Assembly: GCA_031387665.1 (NCBI GenBank)
Contig: JANNDL010000195.1
Span: forward strand, 113-64,112
Length of the DNA stretch: 64,000 nucleotides
Source of the DNA: Chamaesiphon sp. OTE_75_metabat_95
Lineage (GTDB): Bacteria; Cyanobacteriota; Cyanobacteriia; Cyanobacteriales; Chamaesiphonaceae
Direction of reading: 5' to 3'
Positions 20,886 through 31,612 of the stretch are shown one piece after another. The position numbers and the translations under genes were made by a program. Within the stretch, counting starts at the first letter, position 1. Each line of letters begins with the position of its first letter. The notes under the pieces were generated by a model, which was given only the letters and a program-made list of their open reading frames with translations, did not search any database and was not told where the DNA came from.

Positions 20886-23582
20886 ATGTCGAAACCATTA
20901 CCAGATCATTCCTTGCTTTATTCGGTCTTGCGGGCACAGTATCTCTACCAAAGAGAGTCGATGCGTGCAGATGGTGGCTATGCAATGATGACCGTATCGA
21001 TCATCACTGTGATGATCTTCAGCTTGTTGGCTGCATCTCTAGCTATTAGCAATATTAGTCGATCGGCGACCAATGCTTACACCGAAGGTAATAGTACCTT
21101 CTATGCGGCAGAGTCAGGACTCAATCAAAGATCCAATGCCGTCCGTCAAAAGTTTGACAACTATGCAACTCCGACGGGAACTAGTCCTGGCGCAATTGCT
21201 GGGGTAATTGCTGGACCTGAAAATATGGCAGCATGTCTGGATGTACCTACAGCGAATGACGGGAGTGGTGATTTTGCCTGTCAGAAATTGGAACTCAACT
21301 ATCGCCAATCAACTGGTGCAACTGTCAGCAGCAGCGCGACGACAGAGTATAACAACATCATTAAATATAACGCCTATACCTTTACGAGCGATCGAACTAC
21401 ATATAGCGATCCTGTCCGCAGGATTCCCCAAGTACAGACGATTCCATCTGGACAACCATATGCTGGATTGAGTGCTCAGGAATACCGCTACACCGTCTAT
21501 AGTCTGGCGACTAGTAAGCAGCCAGGAGATCTGGATGCCAGAGCAACGACAGTTCTAGAGATGACCTTCAAGAATCTGAATATTCCGCTATTTCAGTTTG
21601 CGGCATTTTATGATGGCGATCTCGAAATGAACTCGACCTCCCAAATGGATATCAACGGGCGAGTCCATACCAATCGAAATCTCTATGTTCAACCAACTCC
21701 AAACGCCACACCTGCCAGTACCAGACTACTAGGTCAAGTAACAGCGGCAAACAATATCTACAATCGAGTCGATGCCAGTAATATCAACAGATATGGAGTC
21801 ACCAATGTATTTATAACTGGAGATGCAAATAATCCGAATGCCTCAACGAATGTATACTTACCATTTCCTGCTTTTGTTGCCAGTCGTGAAACTCCACTAG
21901 ATCCAACAGAAATAGCGACATTTCAGCGCAGAGTGCTAGATGGAACCGCAGGTGCAAGTCCGCTCAGAGTTCCTCCGGTAGGTTTCCTCCGGAAACGAGA
22001 TCCAAGTGGAGATATTGGTGAATATTATGGCAAAGCCGATCTCCGCCTAGAGATGGTGCCCAAACGGGCAGCGGGAAATGTCCCGTTCAACTTTGCCTCC
22101 ATCCGAAGTGGCGGCACTGGTGGCGTTAGCTGTGCCACATTTGAAATTTCGGCGGGGCGACAAGGCACGATCAATTGCAATCAGTTCAATGAAGGGCAAC
22201 GCCGGAGTTTGCTGCAACCTGTGATGTTGAAGGTATTGAATAATGATGAACGTACTCGGTTCTGCCCAGGGCTGACCAAAAATCACGATCCCACTAAGTC
22301 TGGCGAACGTAAAGTGTTGCGTGCGCTCCAAGTCGGCATTGCCGCGCAGAATACACCAGTATCCCTAGCTCAACTTGCCTTACCACTAGAAAATTCTGCC
22401 AATGCGAGTATCTTTGCCATTGCTGATGGTTTGAAAGGTCTAGATGATAAGAAATCACCAATCACACTTGCAGCAGACGAAGGTGCTTGCTTCTTACCCG
22501 CACCGATTCAATTATTGACAGGTACTGGTAGCGGCACGAATGCTAATTATAGCTGGGAGTCGAATTATTTCGATCGCCGTGAAGAGCGGTGGATTGGGAT
22601 GTTGCAGACAAATATCGCCAGTATGACCATCTGGAATCGGGATGGTTTGTATGTGGGCAGAGATGATGTCATTTCAACCAATGATAATCCCACTACTGCT
22701 CAAAATACAGCCGCCTTCAATAGTGGCAATAATGCCTCTGCCTACGATACCGATAGTATCTTGTTTGAACGTTCAGATCCAACTACTGCCGCGAATGTCG
22801 CCGCACCAGCTAGAAGTTTCCGGCGACTCGGACTAGGCGCAAAGGACACCACAGAGGGCGGGCTGGTCTTTCATGCCACTGTCAATGATGATTTTGATGA
22901 TAATGGCACGCCCGACATTACCATCAATGGGGACGATTTGCGGGTCTATCCTGATGGTATCAAGAAGAGTCCTTACGGCTTTGCCTTTAGTGCTGGTGCT
23001 GATTTACCTGCACCACTCAGCATTGTGACCGATCGAGGATTGTACCTTCAAGGGGACTACAATAATTTTGCGGCAAATGTCGGCAAACAACCAGCGGCGA
23101 TTATCGGTGACACGATTACAGCGTTATCGAATAGCTGTGCCAGCCTTACGACTGGGATGATTGATTGTGGCGTAATAGCGGTAACTAATGTTGCTACCGC
23201 AACTAGTGTTAATGCCGCGTTTCTCTCCTATACAGATTTCAGTGATGGCAATATTGGTTCGAGCGGATTTACCAGCTCTCCCAAAGTCCAGAAGTATAGT
23301 GGTGGCTTGAATAACTATATGCGAATGGTGGAAGATTGGACTGGTCAAAACTTCAACTACACTGGCTCATTCGTGAGTTTAGGTGCGCCCCAGGAGTATA
23401 GTGGTAGGTACAGATCTGGTAGTAGCAATAATACTTCATTTTTGCCTGACGGTAGCTATTATGACGTACCAATTCGTAATTTTAACTACGATCTAGATTT
23501 CAATGCCTTTGATAGATTACCACCCCTGACTCCCAAGGTGGTTTATCTCCAGCAAGAGACGTTTAAGCGATCGTACAAATAG
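20886..23582 (+). CDS. Large secreted protein with a PilX-N-like (type IV minor-pilin-like) N-terminal hydrophobic segment
   Basis: GGYAMMTVSIITVMIFSLLAASLAISNISRSATNAYTEGNSTFYAAESGLNQ resembles the PilX N-terminal domain. I recognise no family in the remaining ~800 aa. Confidence 0.55.
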   Translation: MSKPLPDHSLLYSVLRAQYLYQRESMRADGGYAMMTVSIITVMIFSLLAASLAISNISRSATNAYTEGNSTFYAAESGLNQRSNAVRQKFDNYATPTGTSPGAIAGVIAGPENMAACLDVPTANDGSGDFACQKLELNYRQSTGATVSSSATTEYNNIIKYNAYTFTSDRTTYSDPVRRIPQVQTIPSGQPYAGLSAQEYRYTVYSLATSKQPGDLDARATTVLEMTFKNLNIPLFQFAAFYDGDLEMNSTSQMDINGRVHTNRNLYVQPTPNATPASTRLLGQVTAANNIYNRVDASNINRYGVTNVFITGDANNPNASTNVYLPFPAFVASRETPLDPTEIATFQRRVLDGTAGASPLRVPPVGFLRKRDPSGDIGEYYGKADLRLEMVPKRAAGNVPFNFASIRSGGTGGVSCATFEISAGRQGTINCNQFNEGQRRSLLQPVMLKVLNNDERTRFCPGLTKNHDPTKSGERKVLRALQVGIAAQNTPVSLAQLALPLENSANASIFAIADGLKGLDDKKSPITLAADEGACFLPAPIQLLTGTGSGTNANYSWESNYFDRREERWIGMLQTNIASMTIWNRDGLYVGRDDVISTNDNPTTAQNTAAFNSGNNASAYDTDSILFERSDPTTAANVAAPARSFRRLGLGAKDTTEGGLVFHATVNDDFDDNGTPDITINGDDLRVYPDGIKKSPYGFAFSAGADLPAPLSIVTDRGLYLQGDYNNFAANVGKQPAAIIGDTITALSNSCASLTTGMIDCGVIAVTNVATATSVNAAFLSYTDFSDGNIGSSGFTSSPKVQKYSGGLNNYMRMVEDWTGQNFNYTGSFVSLGAPQEYSGRYRSGSSNNTSFLPDGSYYDVPIRNFNYDLDFNAFDRLPPLTPKVVYLQQETFKRSYK

Positions 23583-23650
23583 CAAGACTCTGGTTCTGGC
23601 TGTCCAAAAGCGATTTACAATCAAAGGTGTAACGCTCGATAAAATAAGCC

Positions 23651-25096
23651 GTGACAGTCAGAGTTCGCATCGCTCCTAGTCCTACTGGAAATCTCCACAT
23701 TGGTACCGCCCGTACCGCTGTTTTCAACTGGTTATTTGCCCGTCATAATGATGGAAAATTTATCCTCCGAGTTGAAGATACTGATACCGAACGTTCCAAA
23801 CCTGAATATACCCAAAATATCCTCGATGGGATGAAATGGTTGGGTTTAAATTTTGATGAAGGGCCATTATTTCAGTCCCAACGCCTGGATTTGTACCGCA
23901 AGTCGATCCAAACTTTAATCGATAATGGTAGTGCCTATCGTTGCTATACCAGCACCGCCGAACTTGAGCAGCTCAGAGCCACCCAAGAAGCCAGCAACCA
24001 AGCTCCCCGCTACGACAATCGCCACCGCAATCTTACTCCAGAGCAGGAAGCCGCATTTATTTCCGAAGGTCGCCGTCCGGTAATTAGGTTTAAGATTGAA
24101 GACGATCGAGAAATTAGCTGGTTGGATTTAGTACGGGATCAAGTCACCTGGAAGGGTACTGACTTGGGCGGAGATATGGTGATTGCCCGCGCCGCTGATG
24201 GTGAAGAATTGGGACAACCGCTCTACAATCTGGCTGTAGTCGTAGACGATATCGACATGCAAATCACCCATGTAATTCGCGGTGAAGATCATATCGCCAA
24301 TACCGCCAAACAAATCTTGCTGTATGAAGGCTTGGGTGTACCCGTCCCCATATTTGCCCACACGCCGCTGATTTTGAGTCCTGAGGGCAAGAAACTCTCC
24401 AAACGTGATGGTGTGACTTCGATCGATGATTTCAAGCAGATGGGCTATATTGCCCCAGCTTTGGTCAATTATATGACGCTGTTGGGTTGGTCAGCTCCTG
24501 ATGCTCAGGAATTATTTACCCTGGATGTGGCTGCTGGGATGTTTGATTTCGATCGAGTCACCAAAGCTGGTGGTAAATTTGATTGGGACAAGCTCAACTG
24601 GATCAATAGTCAGTACATCCATGCGATGCCTGCGGAAGAGTTGATGCCTCAACTGATTCCCTATTGGCAAGCCGCTGGTTTCCCACTCAATCCCGATACA
24701 GATCGCGAGTGGTTGCTGCAACTGACTAGCCTCATCGGTGCCAGCCTCGAACGTCTCGACGGCTGCGTCGAAATCAGCCGCACCTTCTTTACACCTACTG
24801 CAACCCTGAATGAGGAAGCCACCGCCAAAGTCACTCAGCCTGGAGCTAAAGAGGTTTTAAGTAGTTTGTTAACTGCTCTCAAAGCCACTCCAGAATTGAG
24901 TGCGATCGAAGCCACAGAGCTAATCAAACAGGTGACAAAGGAGCAAGGGGTCAAAAAAGGTCTAGTGATGCAAAGTCTCCGTGCTGCCCTCACAGGGGAA
25001 GTTCACGGTCCCGATCTGATTCAGTCGGTGCTACTACTACACCAACATCAGTTAGCGGTGGCGCGGATCGAACAAGTTCTAGCATCATTGAATTAA
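23651..25096 (+). CDS. gltX: Glutamate--tRNA ligase
   Basis: GTG start. [18 protein letters not shown] is the HIGH motif and KLSKRDG the KMSKS motif. Confidence 0.95.
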   Translation: MTVRVRIAPSPTGNLHIGTARTAVFNWLFARHNDGKFILRVEDTDTERSKPEYTQNILDGMKWLGLNFDEGPLFQSQRLDLYRKSIQTLIDNGSAYRCYTSTAELEQLRATQEASNQAPRYDNRHRNLTPEQEAAFISEGRRPVIRFKIEDDREISWLDLVRDQVTWKGTDLGGDMVIARAADGEELGQPLYNLAVVVDDIDMQITHVIRGEDHIANTAKQILLYEGLGVPVPIFAHTPLILSPEGKKLSKRDGVTSIDDFKQMGYIAPALVNYMTLLGWSAPDAQELFTLDVAAGMFDFDRVTKAGGKFDWDKLNWINSQYIHAMPAEELMPQLIPYWQAAGFPLNPDTDREWLLQLTSLIGASLERLDGCVEISRTFFTPTATLNEEATAKVTQPGAKEVLSSLLTALKATPELSAIEATELIKQVTKEQGVKKGLVMQSLRAALTGEVHGPDLIQSVLLLHQHQLAVARIEQVLASLN

Positions 25097-25182
25097 TTGA
25101 GAATTGAGAATTGAGAATTAAATCAGCCGTCAGATTAGTTGGGACACAAACCCGACTTTTCTGGTCGGCCGATCGATCTGAG

Positions 25183-26343
25183 TTAGAACCGCAGAATTTC
25201 TCGATCGAATAGTTCAGATTTTGGCTCTGTTTCCCACACCAATCCATCCCCAGGACTAACTTGGACATCGAGAAATAGCCTGTCAGTTGCGGTGAGCGCG
25301 ATATCCTCATTATTGGCAAAAGCTAATAAATCTTCCGTGAGTAGGCGCAGCTTGACCCCAGCCGGAATATTATTACTGGTGGTACTGTGGAGTTCAAATC
25401 GCCACAAATCGCCACCTTTAGGCAGCACGCGCAATTCATAAGGTTGTCCGGCGATTGTTAGTTGCCGCAGCAGAATTTTGGTGGTGGAGCTATACTCGCC
25501 CCGCGCTGCCACTAGAGCGGGTTCCATTGTCATCATCTCCCAGCCTAACTGTTGCCCCAGGGTGGAGATTTCCGACTGAAACCACTTGGACATTGACCAT
25601 TGTTCGGGTAGATTTGCCCGATGGCGATATAACTGTTGTCTCCAGCCGCTATGCTCGATCAACGCGCCCCACAGGGGGAAGGGAACAGCTAGGCGTGTCC
25701 TGAGTTGGCTGGCATTGCCGAGTCGCTCGATTAGGTTTTCTGCTTGGGCGAGGGGAATTGCGGGTAATGGATCGATCTGGGCGCGGAGAATTGTATTAGG
25801 GCAAAGTTTGCGAGATAGCCACAGGACATTTAGATCGGGAATCAAGTCATCACCATCGCAACTATAGGTGCGATCGGTTGGATTATAATGTCCCTGCTGT
25901 TTTAATTGCTGATGGGTAGTGTAGCCTAATACCTGAATTTCGCTGTCGTCTAAGTTGACATAGATCGAGAGGTAATAATCACCCGCCCAGGTGGGGAGAT
26001 CGATCCATTCTTGCGGGACACGTAATTCGGCAAAATCAATTGCTGTAGTTGGAATTAACACCAATCGACTGCCGTTTAGCTCAATTGCCGCCCCGTTGAC
26101 GATTTCCCAAAAACTGGGACGGCTAGCCGCCTTAACCCAGGCTTGCGCCTTGGGGTCGCGTTCGGCTTGGATCCACGGCAAAAAGCTTTCTAAGCAAGCT
26201 TGGTTGAGTGCGGCTTGCCAGCGGCTGCCCACACTAGAGTAAGCCGCTTCAGCTTGGTGCCAAAATTGGGATGGGAAATTAGCCGCGATTGGCAACTGTA
26301 ATTGGGGGATGGCAAGCATCGATAATCCAGACGGGGCGTTCAT
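25183..26343 (-). CDS. DUF1822 family protein
   Basis: 386 aa. It lies immediately downstream of a sigma-70 gene (5-nt gap), which is the recurrent cyanobacterial sigma/DUF1822 arrangement. The family call from sequence memory is moderate. Confidence 0.6.
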   Translation of the reverse strand: MNAPSGLSMLAIPQLQLPIAANFPSQFWHQAEAAYSSVGSRWQAALNQACLESFLPWIQAERDPKAQAWVKAASRPSFWEIVNGAAIELNGSRLVLIPTTAIDFAELRVPQEWIDLPTWAGDYYLSIYVNLDDSEIQVLGYTTHQQLKQQGHYNPTDRTYSCDGDDLIPDLNVLWLSRKLCPNTILRAQIDPLPAIPLAQAENLIERLGNASQLRTRLAVPFPLWGALIEHSGWRQQLYRHRANLPEQWSMSKWFQSEISTLGQQLGWEMMTMEPALVAARGEYSSTTKILLRQLTIAGQPYELRVLPKGGDLWRFELHSTTSNNIPAGVKLRLLTEDLLAFANNEDIALTATDRLFLDVQVSPGDGLVWETEPKSELFDREILRF

Positions 26344-26348
26344 AACAA

Positions 26349-27614
26349 TTACCTCTGTGATGGTTCGGCGTGTAGATCTGGGTGACTATAATGTACCTTC
26401 AACCACTCCTCGATCGTTACGCTCAAATCACTCATTACGATGGGGTCTAAAGTTTTATGCAGTGTGGTTTGACTCCAGGTACATAAAGCAGTCAGCAGTG
26501 TATCCCGTGCATTAGTCAGGCGGCGGGATACAGTATATTGTTTAGTTTCTAATTGACTGGCAATTTCTTTTTGAGTCAAGCCTTGACCATAGTACATTTG
26601 CAGTAGTCGTTGGGACTCGACGTTGAATTTGACCAGTGCCCGCAGCAAGATTTTTTGTAATTGAGATCGCTGATCTTCTCGATCGATTTCGTCTTCTTGG
26701 TCGATCTTCTGAGTCAACAGCGAGTCCTGAACAGTCAGCTCAAAATCATCCAAAAATTCAGTATTATCACTAGCTGATTTGGGCTGGGATGCCGAAACAA
26801 TCGTGGGATAGAGAAAGGAACGCACTGCCGCCCCAAAGGTAGTCAACCACTGCAAGATGGTGTCCCCATTGCAGTGGGCTGGTGGATGACCCAGGCTACC
26901 ACGTTCGCGATTGAATAGATCGGAGATCGCTGTTAATGTCTCTACATCTGGCTTGTCTAGCTTCCGCAAGCCCTGTCCACTCGTCGGCGCGTAGATAGTT
27001 TTGAAGCATTCCCAGGCTAATATATAGACAGAAATCGCTTCAGGATTCAGACCTAACTGCTGCAAGGATTCGATCGCGCGTTTGTGACTGACTTTGTGTA
27101 GTAATGCCCAATCAGTACAGATTTCGACTTCTTGTCGCTGGCGTAAGGTATCCTTGATCGCATTAGTAAAAGCTAGGCTAGCATAACTTTTTAACTCCGT
27201 ACCTCGATCGGCTTTGAAACCCTGAATCACTCGATCGAGCTTGATAATTGCAATTTGAAAAAAATCAGAAATTAACTGTTTCTTTGATAGATCCGCAGCT
27301 AGTTTCTGCGCTGACCAATAGCAGACTTCTTGTAAGTAAGCAGCTAAATGATTTGCGGCGATCTTGCCCCGTGGTGACGATCCTCCAGTGGAGTTGCTAC
27401 GGGAACGATCGGAAGCCGATTCTGATTGCCAAATCTGATGCCAGTATAGTGCCCAGAACCTGGGCGAATCTTCATCCTTTCGACTTGCTTCCAGGCAAAT
27501 CTGAATACTTCTTCGCAATCTACCATCAACGATCCATCTCGTGATAATATCGTCTTCAAAACACAAAAATGTGGAAAATATTTCGAGAGTGTTTTGACGA
27601 GAACGCATGAGCAA
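26349..27614 (-). CDS. Sigma-70 family RNA polymerase sigma factor (divergent, extended)
   Basis: The region 4 helix-turn-helix is LLQMYYGQGLTQKEIASQLETKQYTVSRRLTNARDTL. A region 2-like segment is KSYASLAFTNAIKDTLRQ. Confidence 0.75.
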   Translation of the reverse strand: MLMRSRQNTLEIFSTFLCFEDDIITRWIVDGRLRRSIQICLEASRKDEDSPRFWALYWHQIWQSESASDRSRSNSTGGSSPRGKIAANHLAAYLQEVCYWSAQKLAADLSKKQLISDFFQIAIIKLDRVIQGFKADRGTELKSYASLAFTNAIKDTLRQRQEVEICTDWALLHKVSHKRAIESLQQLGLNPEAISVYILAWECFKTIYAPTSGQGLRKLDKPDVETLTAISDLFNRERGSLGHPPAHCNGDTILQWLTTFGAAVRSFLYPTIVSASQPKSASDNTEFLDDFELTVQDSLLTQKIDQEDEIDREDQRSQLQKILLRALVKFNVESQRLLQMYYGQGLTQKEIASQLETKQYTVSRRLTNARDTLLTALCTWSQTTLHKTLDPIVMSDLSVTIEEWLKVHYSHPDLHAEPSQR

Positions 27615-27761
27615 AAGCCGAGTTTATTATAAGTTAAAGAATAGTGAAGATAATAAATTATTATCTATTATTTGTTGTTTAGATTAAGCTAATTTGTCGA
27701 GATCTAATTTAAAATAATTCTTGTCTCAGTCCTGTTTTCCAATATTGCAACTAAATTATTA

Positions 27762-28694
27762 TTGCTGCTACATATGCGCTTGACAACTTCCCGTCGGTTA
27801 TTTCTAGCTTCGTTATTTTTAGCAAGCTGTGGAGTTAGACGATCCTCAACTGGCTCGCCCACATCTACAATTGTGCAGAGTGACAGTTCTAGTGACGGTG
27901 AGCAGTTGGCAATCGGCACCCTGAGCTACGGCTCCGGCAAGCAACCGAGCGCGCAATATGACGGTGTGAAACAGTATTTAGAGCAAAAACTGCGCTCCCT
28001 CGTTCAAATCGAACCTACTTTCAACGAAACCAAAGCATTAGAACGGATTAAAGCTAAAGCATGGTCATTGGTATTTGCACCACCAGGATTAGCAGCAATT
28101 GCTATTTCACAATATCAGTATACGCCGATCCTGCCGCTGGAAGGTATTAACAATTTACGTTCGATTTTGGTAGTCAAAAAAGATAGTACCTATCAGGATC
28201 TAAAATCCCTGACGGGGAAAAAACTGGCAATTGGTCAACCAGGTTCAGCAACTGGATATTATTTACCAATCTATAATTTACATGGGCTAACCCTCGCCGA
28301 ACTAATTGTGTCCCCGACACCGAAATCAATTTTGGAAGCTGTTGCTCAAGGTAGTGCCGATGTTGGCGCGTTGTCCCTAACTGAATTCAATACCTACAAG
28401 AGCGAAATCCCCCAAGCCGAATTTCGGATTGTGTTTACCGATCCCCATAAAGTACCCCCAGGTGCAATTCTGGTCAGTTCGGAGATCGAGCTGAAACTGC
28501 AAGACTCCATTCGTCAGATTCTCAAAGATAGCCCTTCGACAGTCTCCCAAGAAGCTGGTTTTATCCCCAGTGGCACTGTCCCTGATTATAAATATATGAT
28601 CGCCGTTGTCGATCGAGTTCGATCGATCTTCCCCGCCGACCAAGCTCAAACAGCGGCTCTGTTGACTCAGAAGCCAGTTAGGTTGTTTAAGTAG
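27762..28694 (+). CDS. PhnD-like phosphate/phosphonate ABC transporter substrate-binding lipoprotein
   Basis: The lipobox is LFLASCG. A type 2 periplasmic binding fold is suggested by KKLAIGQPGSATGYYLPIY...GSADVGALS. Confidence 0.65.
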   Translation: MLLHMRLTTSRRLFLASLFLASCGVRRSSTGSPTSTIVQSDSSSDGEQLAIGTLSYGSGKQPSAQYDGVKQYLEQKLRSLVQIEPTFNETKALERIKAKAWSLVFAPPGLAAIAISQYQYTPILPLEGINNLRSILVVKKDSTYQDLKSLTGKKLAIGQPGSATGYYLPIYNLHGLTLAELIVSPTPKSILEAVAQGSADVGALSLTEFNTYKSEIPQAEFRIVFTDPHKVPPGAILVSSEIELKLQDSIRQILKDSPSTVSQEAGFIPSGTVPDYKYMIAVVDRVRSIFPADQAQTAALLTQKPVRLFK

Positions 28695-28733
28695 TTGATA
28701 GTTGATAGTTGATAGCTGATAGTTGATAGCTAA
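28693..28733. repeat. Tandem heptamer array (GTTGATA)x6
   Basis: GTAGTTGATAGTTGATAGTTGATAGCTGATAGTTGATAGCTAATGG overlaps the stop codon of the PhnD-like gene. Confidence 0.85.
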
Positions 28734-28745
28734 TGGTGGTTAGGC

Positions 28746-30143
28746 TTGATCCCAGTCTCCCACACTCCCCACACCCCCATCCCCCTGCATAAACCACCCC
28801 AACCCTCCGTATCTACCAACAGAGGTGCTGCTTTAGTCGTAGCAAGTGAGGGCAAAATGGTGGAGTCGAGAACTGATGAATCTTTCGTACAGATTGTTTA
28901 TGCCAAGGTTACGGCTAATGGCAAAACGGAACTAGTACCGATGAAATTATATATCGATCGAGATGGCACACGTCTCGATCGAGAACTGACAACTCCACCA
29001 GCCATTAGTGGCGGTAAAAGATTATTGGCAAATCGATATGAGTTGCAACAAGTATTAGGTCAAGGTGGTTTTGGTAAAACTTATCTGACATTCGATCGAC
29101 ATCGGTTTGATGAACCGTGTGTGGTGAAAGAGTTTCTGCCCCAAGGTCGGGGTAATTATGAGTCCCAAAAATCCCGTGAATTGTTTGAACGGGAAGCCAA
29201 AATTCTGCATCAAATCGATCGACCTCAAATCCCCAAATTCTTCGCTTTTTTTGAAGAGAATCAGCAATTATTTCTCGTTCAAGAGTATATCAAAGGTCAA
29301 ACTTATGCGACTTTACTGCGGGAACGTCAGCAAGCTGGAGCTACTTTTTCCGAACATGAAATTATTAAATGGTTGAGAGATTTACTGCCAGTCTTGGGCT
29401 ATCTTCACGATCGACAAATTGTCCATCGCGATATTTCTCTAGACAATATCATGCTTCAGGAAGGCAGCAATCTTCCTGTGTTGATTGACTTTGGGATCGG
29501 CAGATCCGATCTAGTTCAACGCCAAAATCAACCGGAACATGCGGCAATACCAAATAGAGCTGCGGCTGCTCAATCGATCGTTGGTAAAGTTGGTTATGCA
29601 CCCTACGAACAAATCTGGCTGGGACAAAGTTTTCCGAGTAGCGATCTCTATTCCTTGGCAGTAACGGCAGTCGTCATGTTGACGGGTATCGATCCCCAAA
29701 CTCTCACCAGTCAAGCATCTTTTAGAGAGCAATGGCCACTCAAAGCATCTGTTAGCAATGATTTGGTAAACATCCTCAATCGAATGTTGCAGGACGCTCC
29801 AGCCAACCGCTATCAATCTGCGGCGGCAGTTTTAGCTGATTTGGATCGGTTTACCAAAGCTGATTTTCAATGTCCAATTACTAAATTGAGTGCGCCACCC
29901 ACAACCATCGCGCAACCACAGACATCGATCGGAAATTACTTAACCGGACGTAAATTAGCAGCAACATTCATTGCAAAATGTGAACAAGAGTTGACAAAAT
30001 ATATCGGACCGATCGCCAAAATTCTTGTCAATACTACCTGTAGCAAACATCCAGATCTCGAACCAGCCGAATTGATTGAGCTACTGGCACAACAAATTCC
30101 GCAACATTTTCCAGCAGAAGCATTTCGTCGTGATTGCCTTTGA
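28746..30143 (+). CDS. Hanks-type Ser/Thr protein kinase
   Basis: GQGGFGKTY, VVKEF, HRDISLDNIM, DFG and GYAPYEQ are present. The likely true start is ATG 28857 (GAGGG upstream), because the TTG-initiated N-terminus crosses the repeat array. Confidence 0.88.
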   Translation: MIPVSHTPHTPIPLHKPPQPSVSTNRGAALVVASEGKMVESRTDESFVQIVYAKVTANGKTELVPMKLYIDRDGTRLDRELTTPPAISGGKRLLANRYELQQVLGQGGFGKTYLTFDRHRFDEPCVVKEFLPQGRGNYESQKSRELFEREAKILHQIDRPQIPKFFAFFEENQQLFLVQEYIKGQTYATLLRERQQAGATFSEHEIIKWLRDLLPVLGYLHDRQIVHRDISLDNIMLQEGSNLPVLIDFGIGRSDLVQRQNQPEHAAIPNRAAAAQSIVGKVGYAPYEQIWLGQSFPSSDLYSLAVTAVVMLTGIDPQTLTSQASFREQWPLKASVSNDLVNILNRMLQDAPANRYQSAAAVLADLDRFTKADFQCPITKLSAPPTTIAQPQTSIGNYLTGRKLAATFIAKCEQELTKYIGPIAKILVNTTCSKHPDLEPAELIELLAQQIPQHFPAEAFRRDCL

Positions 30144-30257
30144 TCGTATTTTTAGGCGGAGGGTGATCGCCGATCGATTGCATAAATAAATTAACCAGTC
30201 GTAATTAGATTCAGATGGATAAACAACCTTGATTTCGGACAGAAGGGGATTAGAATC

Positions 30258-30707
30258 ATGCTCGATCAAATTAAAAAAACAGTTCAAATTGGTTGTATTT
30301 CGGCATTTTTATTAAATACTGCTACTTGGAATAGCCGACCTGCTCAAGCCGTCGATGCGTCCCAAATATTAGGCGGGAATTTGACTTGGGAATGCGATCT
30401 ATCCGCAACTGTCGAATCGACGATCCGTTCCAATCAGAAAAATAGTCAGCATGGTTTATCCTGCAAATCGACTCAATCCGCCGCAGACCCAGCCGCCGTG
30501 AATGGACTAGTCCAGCAGGGAATCCAACTGCTCCAGCAAGCTCAAACAATGGCTGCCGCAGACCCTGCCGCGATGGAGCAATTAGTTCAACGTGGTCTGC
30601 AACTACTTCAGGCTGCAAAACCAGAAACAACCAGCGATCCAGCCGTACAGCAATTAATTCAAAAAGGTCTGCAATTACTCCAGCCAAAGCAACAACCCTC
30701 ACCCTAA
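30258..30707 (+). CDS. Secreted Gln/Leu-repeat protein, paralog 1
   Basis: A signal peptide is followed by three DPAA..LVQxGxQLLQ repeats. The N-terminal 60 aa align with the next ORF. Confidence 0.6.
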   Translation: MLDQIKKTVQIGCISAFLLNTATWNSRPAQAVDASQILGGNLTWECDLSATVESTIRSNQKNSQHGLSCKSTQSAADPAAVNGLVQQGIQLLQQAQTMAAADPAAMEQLVQRGLQLLQAAKPETTSDPAVQQLIQKGLQLLQPKQQPSP

Positions 30708-30813
30708 ATCCGGTGCATAGATCAATTAAGTCGATCGTAATCACCAATAGAGAGATGATCGAACTCATCGATCGCCACAAATACATTTAATTTAAAATCA
30801 GGAAGTTAAGATC

Positions 30814-31221
30814 GTGCTCAACCATATCAAAAAATCGATTCAAATTACTGGTCTTTTAGCTATTGTTTTCGGCACTGCTATTTTCCAGCAACCTTCCGCT
30901 CAAGCTGCGGATATTTCTCAATTATTTGGTGCAGATCTAACTTGGCAATGCGGGATGACACCCACGATCAAACCTCGGATTCGGTTGACTGCCAACGAAG
31001 CGAGTCAAGATAGCGTTCGGTTCAACGTTTTGCCCTGCGAACCACCTCAAGAAGCAAAACCCGCGCCAAAACCCCCTGAAGCTCCAATTACCCAATTGAT
31101 TCAACAAGGAGTCCAAATGCTCCAAACGGCGCAACCATTGATCCAACAATTGGTACAACCACTGACGGCTGTTGGTGCGCCCCCAGCACAACAAACCCAA
31201 CAAACCCAACCATCAAGATAG
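30814..31221 (+). CDS. Secreted Gln-rich protein, paralog 2
   Basis: GTG start. MLNHIKKSIQITGLLAIVFGTAIFQQPSAQAADISQLFGADLTWQC aligns with MLDQIKKTVQIGCISAFLLNTATWNSRPAQAVDASQILGGNLTWEC of the preceding ORF. Confidence 0.6.
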   Translation: MLNHIKKSIQITGLLAIVFGTAIFQQPSAQAADISQLFGADLTWQCGMTPTIKPRIRLTANEASQDSVRFNVLPCEPPQEAKPAPKPPEAPITQLIQQGVQMLQTAQPLIQQLVQPLTAVGAPPAQQTQQTQPSR

Positions 31222-31411
31222 TCGATTAGTTTACAGCCAATCGGACTTCTGGCGAAAGTAAAAATATCATTTTCGCTAGTATCGTCTTGGCTACAGTTTC
31301 CCCTAGAGCCTAAAGTTTAAAGTCTGACTCTCTACGAAATTCAATTGCATAACCCCCTAATTTGAATCGTAATAAAAGACAAGAATACTTTAGTGAAGGG
31401 GAGTCAAGATT

Positions 31412-31585
31412 ATGAACGGGCAAGCCAGACACTGGGTGTTCAATCTAATTCTTTCGGTTGTTGTCGAAATTATTTTTACGATTGTCGGGATTGATGATTT
31501 AGCTAGCTACAGTGAGTTTCTATTTGAGCAGCCAATCCATATTCAAGTTATTGCTGTGAATCATACTGCTCAACCGATCGGATAA
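31412..31585 (+). CDS. Possible small membrane protein (57 aa)
   Basis: The ATG is preceded by GAAGGGGAG. The sequence is MNGQARHWVFNLILSVVVEIIFTIVGIDDLASYSEFLFEQPIHIQVIAVNHTAQPIG. It ends 27 nt before the FHA-ABC gene. Confidence 0.35.
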   Translation: MNGQARHWVFNLILSVVVEIIFTIVGIDDLASYSEFLFEQPIHIQVIAVNHTAQPIG

Positions 31586-31612
31586 TAAGAACAGCATCCT
31601 TCGATCGATCTT

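Noticed and set aside
28746-28856. Pro/His-rich N-terminal extension of the kinase from a TTG start
   Set aside because: It begins just after the GTTGATA array and has no kinase-related features. ATG 28857, with a GAGGG upstream, is the more plausible start.
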